32,000 bases of DNA, taken from the NCBI RefSeq assembly GCF_000186885.1, contig NC_014972.1, positions 2,280,001 through 2,312,000 on the forward strand, in the 5' to 3' direction. The notes below the pieces were generated by a model that made no database searches, was not told where the DNA came from, and saw only the letters and a program-made list of their open reading frames with translations. Numbering within the stretch: the first letter of the stretch is position 1; each line of letters starts with the position of its first letter. Of the stretch, positions 28,053 through 32,000 are shown one piece after another. Position numbers and translations under genes: made by a program. This DNA is from Desulfobulbus propionicus DSM 2032 (lineage in GTDB: Bacteria; Desulfobacterota; Desulfobulbia; Desulfobulbales; Desulfobulbaceae).

Positions 28053-29768
28053 CTATTCCTTCCGCACCTCCTTTGTGCCGTTCGCGGCACTCTCCATATC
28101 GTTTTGTATTAAGGATAAAATCTTACTTTTGCCCACATATTCACGGCTGGTAAAGCCGGTCATGGCGGTCATTTTCTGGGTCAAGTCGCCGATCTGCTTG
28201 AGGTTGCGGATGATCACCGCCAGTTCCTCCTGCGCTTCGGCCGGCAACGCATCCTCGGCGAGCAATTGCGCCGTGCCCAGGGCCGCGAACAACGGGCTGT
28301 TGATCTCATGGGCGACGGTACCGGCCAGCTCAACGATGCCCTGCAACTTGCCGCTCTGGATCTTTTCCGCCTCAAGCATATGCTCGCTGGTGATGTCACG
28401 GATGATCTCAATCACATACGCAACCCGTCCACTGTCGTCATGAATTGGCGAGGCCGTGCGCTCAAACCAGCGCAGCTGATCATCGGAGCGAAATTCCTGA
28501 ACAAAGGGACGCATTTCCTCGCCCTGCAGGATCTGGTCGACCGGGCAAGCTGCTTCGCCTTCGCCGGCTTGACACAGCGCTGTGTAGTGCGTGCCCACCA
28601 CCTCGCGTTCCGTCTTGCCCGCCGCGTCGAGAAACACCCGGTTGGCCAGCACCACCCGGCGGTTGCGATCCAATACCAGCAACTGATGCCGCAAACTGTT
28701 GATGATGTCGCCGAGAAATTTCTCGTGCTCCTTGATCTGCTCCAACAAACGGTTGATCCGCTGATAGTTGCGCGCATTGCGGATGGCCGTGCCGCCGACC
28801 TCGGCCAGGGTGGCGGCAAACCGGACTTCGGCATCGGAAAACACTCGCGGCTCGTCGGTGAGAATCCGCATCACCCCAATCACCTCGCCATTGACCTTCA
28901 CCGGCACCGCCAGCAACGACACAATCCCCTCCTCGATCATCTGCTGGTGATAGTCGATGCGCTGATCATGACTGACGTCGTAGATCGCCACCGGTTCCCC
29001 CGCGAGCACCATCTGAATGTTGCGTTCCTTTTCGATCTCGCCGCGATTGAGATAAGCGCCGGAAACCCCGTGGGAGGCGGCCAGGCGCAGAACACCTGAT
29101 TCGGGATCGACCAGGCGCAGGGTGCAGCCCTTGGCCCGCATGGTGACCGCGGCCCGCTCGGCCAGGGCGCCGAGGATGCCCTCCAGATTCAGGGTCGAAT
29201 TGACCAGGGAAGAAATGCCCTGGATCTCACGGAGAAAGCTCAACTGGGCTTCCATGTTCTTGAACAACCGCCCGTGGGAGATGGCAATCCCCACCTGCTC
29301 GGCCAGGGCCATGGCAAAGGAGATCTCCTCGGAGGAAAAACTGCGGGCCCTCCGGGTCAACAACCGCATGATGCCGATCAGATCTCCCTGAAAAAGAATC
29401 GGCAGGGTCAGCACGCTCTTGATTCCTTCCCGGTGGGCCGCCTCACGAAAAGGCAGAAACGGGTCTTCGTCGACATGGGCGCTGAAAACCGGATATCCGG
29501 AACGGATCATGGCCAGGGTTTCCTCGGCGTCGATCACATCGCGGGAGAGGTATTCCAGCGACACACCGTGCGCCGCTCCAAGCACAAAGGTCCGGGTGGA
29601 GGTGTCGAGCAACCGGATGGTGCAGGCGTCGATGTCCAGCAGGGCCGGCAGGGCGCGCACTATGGTGTCCATCACCTCTTGATGATCAAGGACCACCGAG
29701 GTCAGCCGGGTCACCTGTTGCAAGACCCCTAAAAATTGCTGCTCGCGGGATTGGGAGTTGTTCACCAC
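28053..29768 (-). CDS. GAF-GAF-PAS-HisKA protein lacking a HATPase_c domain
   Basis: Two GAF-like repeats, PAS-like segment (SLRHQLLVLDRNRRVVLANRVFLDAAG), HisKA motif AGTVAHEINSPLFAALGTAQLL; ends about 90 aa after the phospho-acceptor His with no N, G1 or G2 boxes. Confidence 0.85.
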   Translation of the reverse strand: MVNNSQSREQQFLGVLQQVTRLTSVVLDHQEVMDTIVRALPALLDIDACTIRLLDTSTRTFVLGAAHGVSLEYLSRDVIDAEETLAMIRSGYPVFSAHVDEDPFLPFREAAHREGIKSVLTLPILFQGDLIGIMRLLTRRARSFSSEEISFAMALAEQVGIAISHGRLFKNMEAQLSFLREIQGISSLVNSTLNLEGILGALAERAAVTMRAKGCTLRLVDPESGVLRLAASHGVSGAYLNRGEIEKERNIQMVLAGEPVAIYDVSHDQRIDYHQQMIEEGIVSLLAVPVKVNGEVIGVMRILTDEPRVFSDAEVRFAATLAEVGGTAIRNARNYQRINRLLEQIKEHEKFLGDIINSLRHQLLVLDRNRRVVLANRVFLDAAGKTEREVVGTHYTALCQAGEGEAACPVDQILQGEEMRPFVQEFRSDDQLRWFERTASPIHDDSGRVAYVIEIIRDITSEHMLEAEKIQSGKLQGIVELAGTVAHEINSPLFAALGTAQLLAEDALPAEAQEELAVIIRNLKQIGDLTQKMTAMTGFTSREYVGKSKILSLIQNDMESAANGTKEVRKE

Positions 29769-29818
29769 CTGCGGCCCCCTGCTCGTTCCCTATTCACCCT
29801 GAGTTCCACCTGACCCAC

Positions 29819-30190
29819 TCAGGCCCTTGGCTTGGCGGCCAGCACCTTGTCCACCTTTTCTTCCAGCTCTGTCCGGTCGATGGGTTTGACGCAGTATTCG
29901 TCCGCCCCAAGACTGATCGCTTCGCGCGCGGTCTCCACCGTCGGATACCCGGTGAGCATGATCGCCCGCATCGAGGGATTGTCCTCCTTCAAAATAGCCA
30001 GCACCTCGATGCCGCTCATCTTTTTGAGCTTGATGTCGAGAATCGCCAGATCCACAGGATGCTGGCGGGCAAAGGCGATAGCCGCGTCCTCTTCGGTGAA
30101 GGTATGGACCACATGTCCCTTTTTCTTGAGAATCTTACCGACCAGCACGGTGGCGTCGAGCACATCGTCCAGGGTGAGAATTTCAGCCAT
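29819..30190 (-). CDS. single-domain response regulator (REC only)
   Basis: Acidic DD near N-term, phospho-acceptor LAILDIKLKKMSG, MLTGYP, CVKPID. Confidence 0.93.
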   Translation of the reverse strand: MAEILTLDDVLDATVLVGKILKKKGHVVHTFTEEDAAIAFARQHPVDLAILDIKLKKMSGIEVLAILKEDNPSMRAIMLTGYPTVETAREAISLGADEYCVKPIDRTELEEKVDKVLAAKPRA

Positions 30191-30219
30191 TTGTTCCTCC
30201 TTGCTCTGAATCCAAATGG

Positions 30220-31782
30220 TTATTCTTTTATCGCTGCCGTTTCCTCGGCTTCGGGCAGCGCCAGGCGGAACAGGGTGCCCGGCAGCTGGGTGCCGGCCGG
30301 TCCGGAAACGGGACTTTCAATTTCAATGGTCCCGCCGTGCTCCTGAATAATGCCGTAGGAAACCGAAAGCCCCAAACCGGTCCCCTTCCCCACCGGCTTG
30401 GTGGTGAAAAAGGGGTCGAAAATCCGCGCCTTGATGTGTTCCGGAATACCGTGGCCACTGTCGCGAACCTCGGCAATGACCTTACCGGTCTGGCGGTCGA
30501 AGCGGGTGGCAAGGTGCAACTCGCCGCTGCCCTGCCCTTCCATGGCGTGATGGGCGTTGTTGATCAGATTGACGACCACCTGGCGCAGCTTTTCCGGGTC
30601 GCCGACAATGGGCGGCAGATCGGGGGCCAACGTCAACAGCACCTTGATATGACTGAGGTTGAGACTGTGTTCGGTGATCGCCACGGCATCCTCGATGATC
30701 TCGTTGACATCCACCGTTTCCCGGGCGCTGCCCGATTGGCGCGAATACTTGAGCAGATCGGCCACAATCTTGCGGCTGGCCTTGGTCTGACGCTCGATGA
30801 CTTCAAGGTTCTGGTATGTTTCCGAATCCTTGTCAAAATCATCCATCATCAACTGGGCGTACCCAAGAATGATGCCGAGCGGCGTATTGATCTCGTGGGC
30901 GATACCGGCGGCCATCTGTCCGACCGAGGCCATCTTTTCGCTGGACACCAGCTGCTCCATCATGGTCTTCAGCCGGGTCAAATCCTTGGCAATCCCTTCG
31001 GAGCCGATGATGTTGCCCTGTTCGTCATAGAGGGCGGTGGCCGAAATCAGCACGTAAATGGTCGTGCCGTCCTTTTTCTTGAATTCGGATTCGAGATCAC
31101 GAATATATCCATCCTTTTCCAGCATCACGGCGTAGGTGCGCACATCTCCCTCGTGGCGGAAAATATCGCGCAGAGTCAGCCGGGAGAGCTCATCGGCCGT
31201 GTAGCCCAGCATTTCCGAACCCGAGGCATTCATATCAAGAATTGCGTGACTGCTGTCGGAAAAAAAGACCATGTCCTTGGAGGCGGTGAACAGATGACGA
31301 AATTTCCGCTCCGACTTGGACAGCTCGGCCGTGCGCTCCTCGACCTTGTCTTCCAGGTTGAGGTTCAACTCCTTCAGTTCGTTGGCGGTTTGGGTTAGAC
31401 GAATCTTGGACTGTTTGAGCTTGGCCGCCTCCTGCTCAATGGCCTCGTATGCCTGCACTCCCTTGTGATAAAAAATCATCACTGCGGCCACTGAAATCAT
31501 GCACAGGGTATTGAACCCTCCGGAATAGGGGGCAATGCCCTGCCAAAGTTCCCCCCTGCCGACAATAAAAAGCAGTTCCTTGGCGATGTGGCCAACGGCC
31601 CTGGACACGGCAAAGGCGGTAATCGCCAGGGTGACGTAGAAAAGGCAACCCCAGAGAAAATTCTCCGGCTTGAGCCGGGTGAGACGAAAGGCGTACCACA
31701 GGGACAAAAAGGAAAAAAGGATATTGGCCGCCGAGCCGGCGATGTCGACAATGATGGTCGGCAGCAGGGGCAGGCCGTTCAT
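30220..31782 (-). CDS. membrane-associated PAS sensor histidine kinase
   Basis: N-terminal TM segments, PAS, His[26 protein letters not shown] box [34 protein letters not shown]. Start chosen at MNGLPLLP. Confidence 0.92.
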   Translation of the reverse strand: MNGLPLLPTIIVDIAGSAANILFSFLSLWYAFRLTRLKPENFLWGCLFYVTLAITAFAVSRAVGHIAKELLFIVGRGELWQGIAPYSGGFNTLCMISVAAVMIFYHKGVQAYEAIEQEAAKLKQSKIRLTQTANELKELNLNLEDKVEERTAELSKSERKFRHLFTASKDMVFFSDSSHAILDMNASGSEMLGYTADELSRLTLRDIFRHEGDVRTYAVMLEKDGYIRDLESEFKKKDGTTIYVLISATALYDEQGNIIGSEGIAKDLTRLKTMMEQLVSSEKMASVGQMAAGIAHEINTPLGIILGYAQLMMDDFDKDSETYQNLEVIERQTKASRKIVADLLKYSRQSGSARETVDVNEIIEDAVAITEHSLNLSHIKVLLTLAPDLPPIVGDPEKLRQVVVNLINNAHHAMEGQGSGELHLATRFDRQTGKVIAEVRDSGHGIPEHIKARIFDPFFTTKPVGKGTGLGLSVSYGIIQEHGGTIEIESPVSGPAGTQLPGTLFRLALPEAEETAAIKE

Positions 31783-32000
31783 TTGCCGCTCCCCGCCGAG
31801 GCGGTGACCACCGAACGATAAAACGAACGCAGGCCGAGAAAGAGGCAGAAAAGGGCCGGCACGTACATCAGATGATCGAGCTTGGTGATGAAATAGAGAT
31901 ACTGGTGCAGGGTCAGGGGGCCAACCAGCCGGGTCTGCAGGTAGCAATCGGTCTGCAACAGGGCCTGCGGATCGAGATAGACACCGACAAGATGACCAAT
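31779..32000 (-). CDS. membrane protein of unknown function, C-terminal 73 aa only
   Basis: Open frame [73 protein letters not shown]; stop overlaps the kinase start (ATGA). Confidence 0.6.
   Translation of the reverse strand: MGHLVGVYLDPQALLQTDCYLQTRLVGPLTLHQYLYFITKLDHLMYVPALFCLFLGLRSFYRSVVTASAGSGK

Noticed and set aside
30337-31398. 353-aa plus-strand ORF
   Set aside because: Antisense to the PAS sensor kinase; composition typical of mirror frames.

Overview
This 32 kb window of bacterial chromosome is gene-dense and mostly ordinary in content. Gene content suggests an anaerobic Desulfobacterota-like host (inference only; no rRNA or marker test is possible here). The left part holds: a hypothetical ORF, a small AT-rich diheme cytochrome, an amidohydrolase-fold protein whose metal ligands all appear substituted, a malic enzyme, a DUF1848 Fe-S protein, an uncharacterised ~331-aa protein with a small neighbour, and an Fe-ADH / sensor kinase / sigma-54 activator module. 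The right part is an almost continuous minus-strand run: mlaE-mlaF-mlaD-mlaA-mlaC, then DUF177(YceD)-rpmF-plsX-fabH-[acyl-CoA dehydrogenase-etfB-etfA(ferredoxin-fused)]-fabG-acpP-fabF-rpiB, then nrdR-ribD. Upstream of these lie a PilZ protein, a TauE/SafE-like transporter split into two ORFs, and a two-component cluster containing a GAF-GAF-PAS-HisKA protein with no ATPase domain. The strongest candidates for something undescribed are: (1) a probable electron-bifurcating acyl-CoA dehydrogenase/Etf module in the place normally held by fabD in a fatty-acid synthesis operon; (2) an intact amidohydrolase-fold ORF lacking canonical catalytic residues; (3) a possible kinase / single REC / DHp-only phosphorelay. 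I found no CRISPR array, transposase, integrase, tRNA or rRNA.
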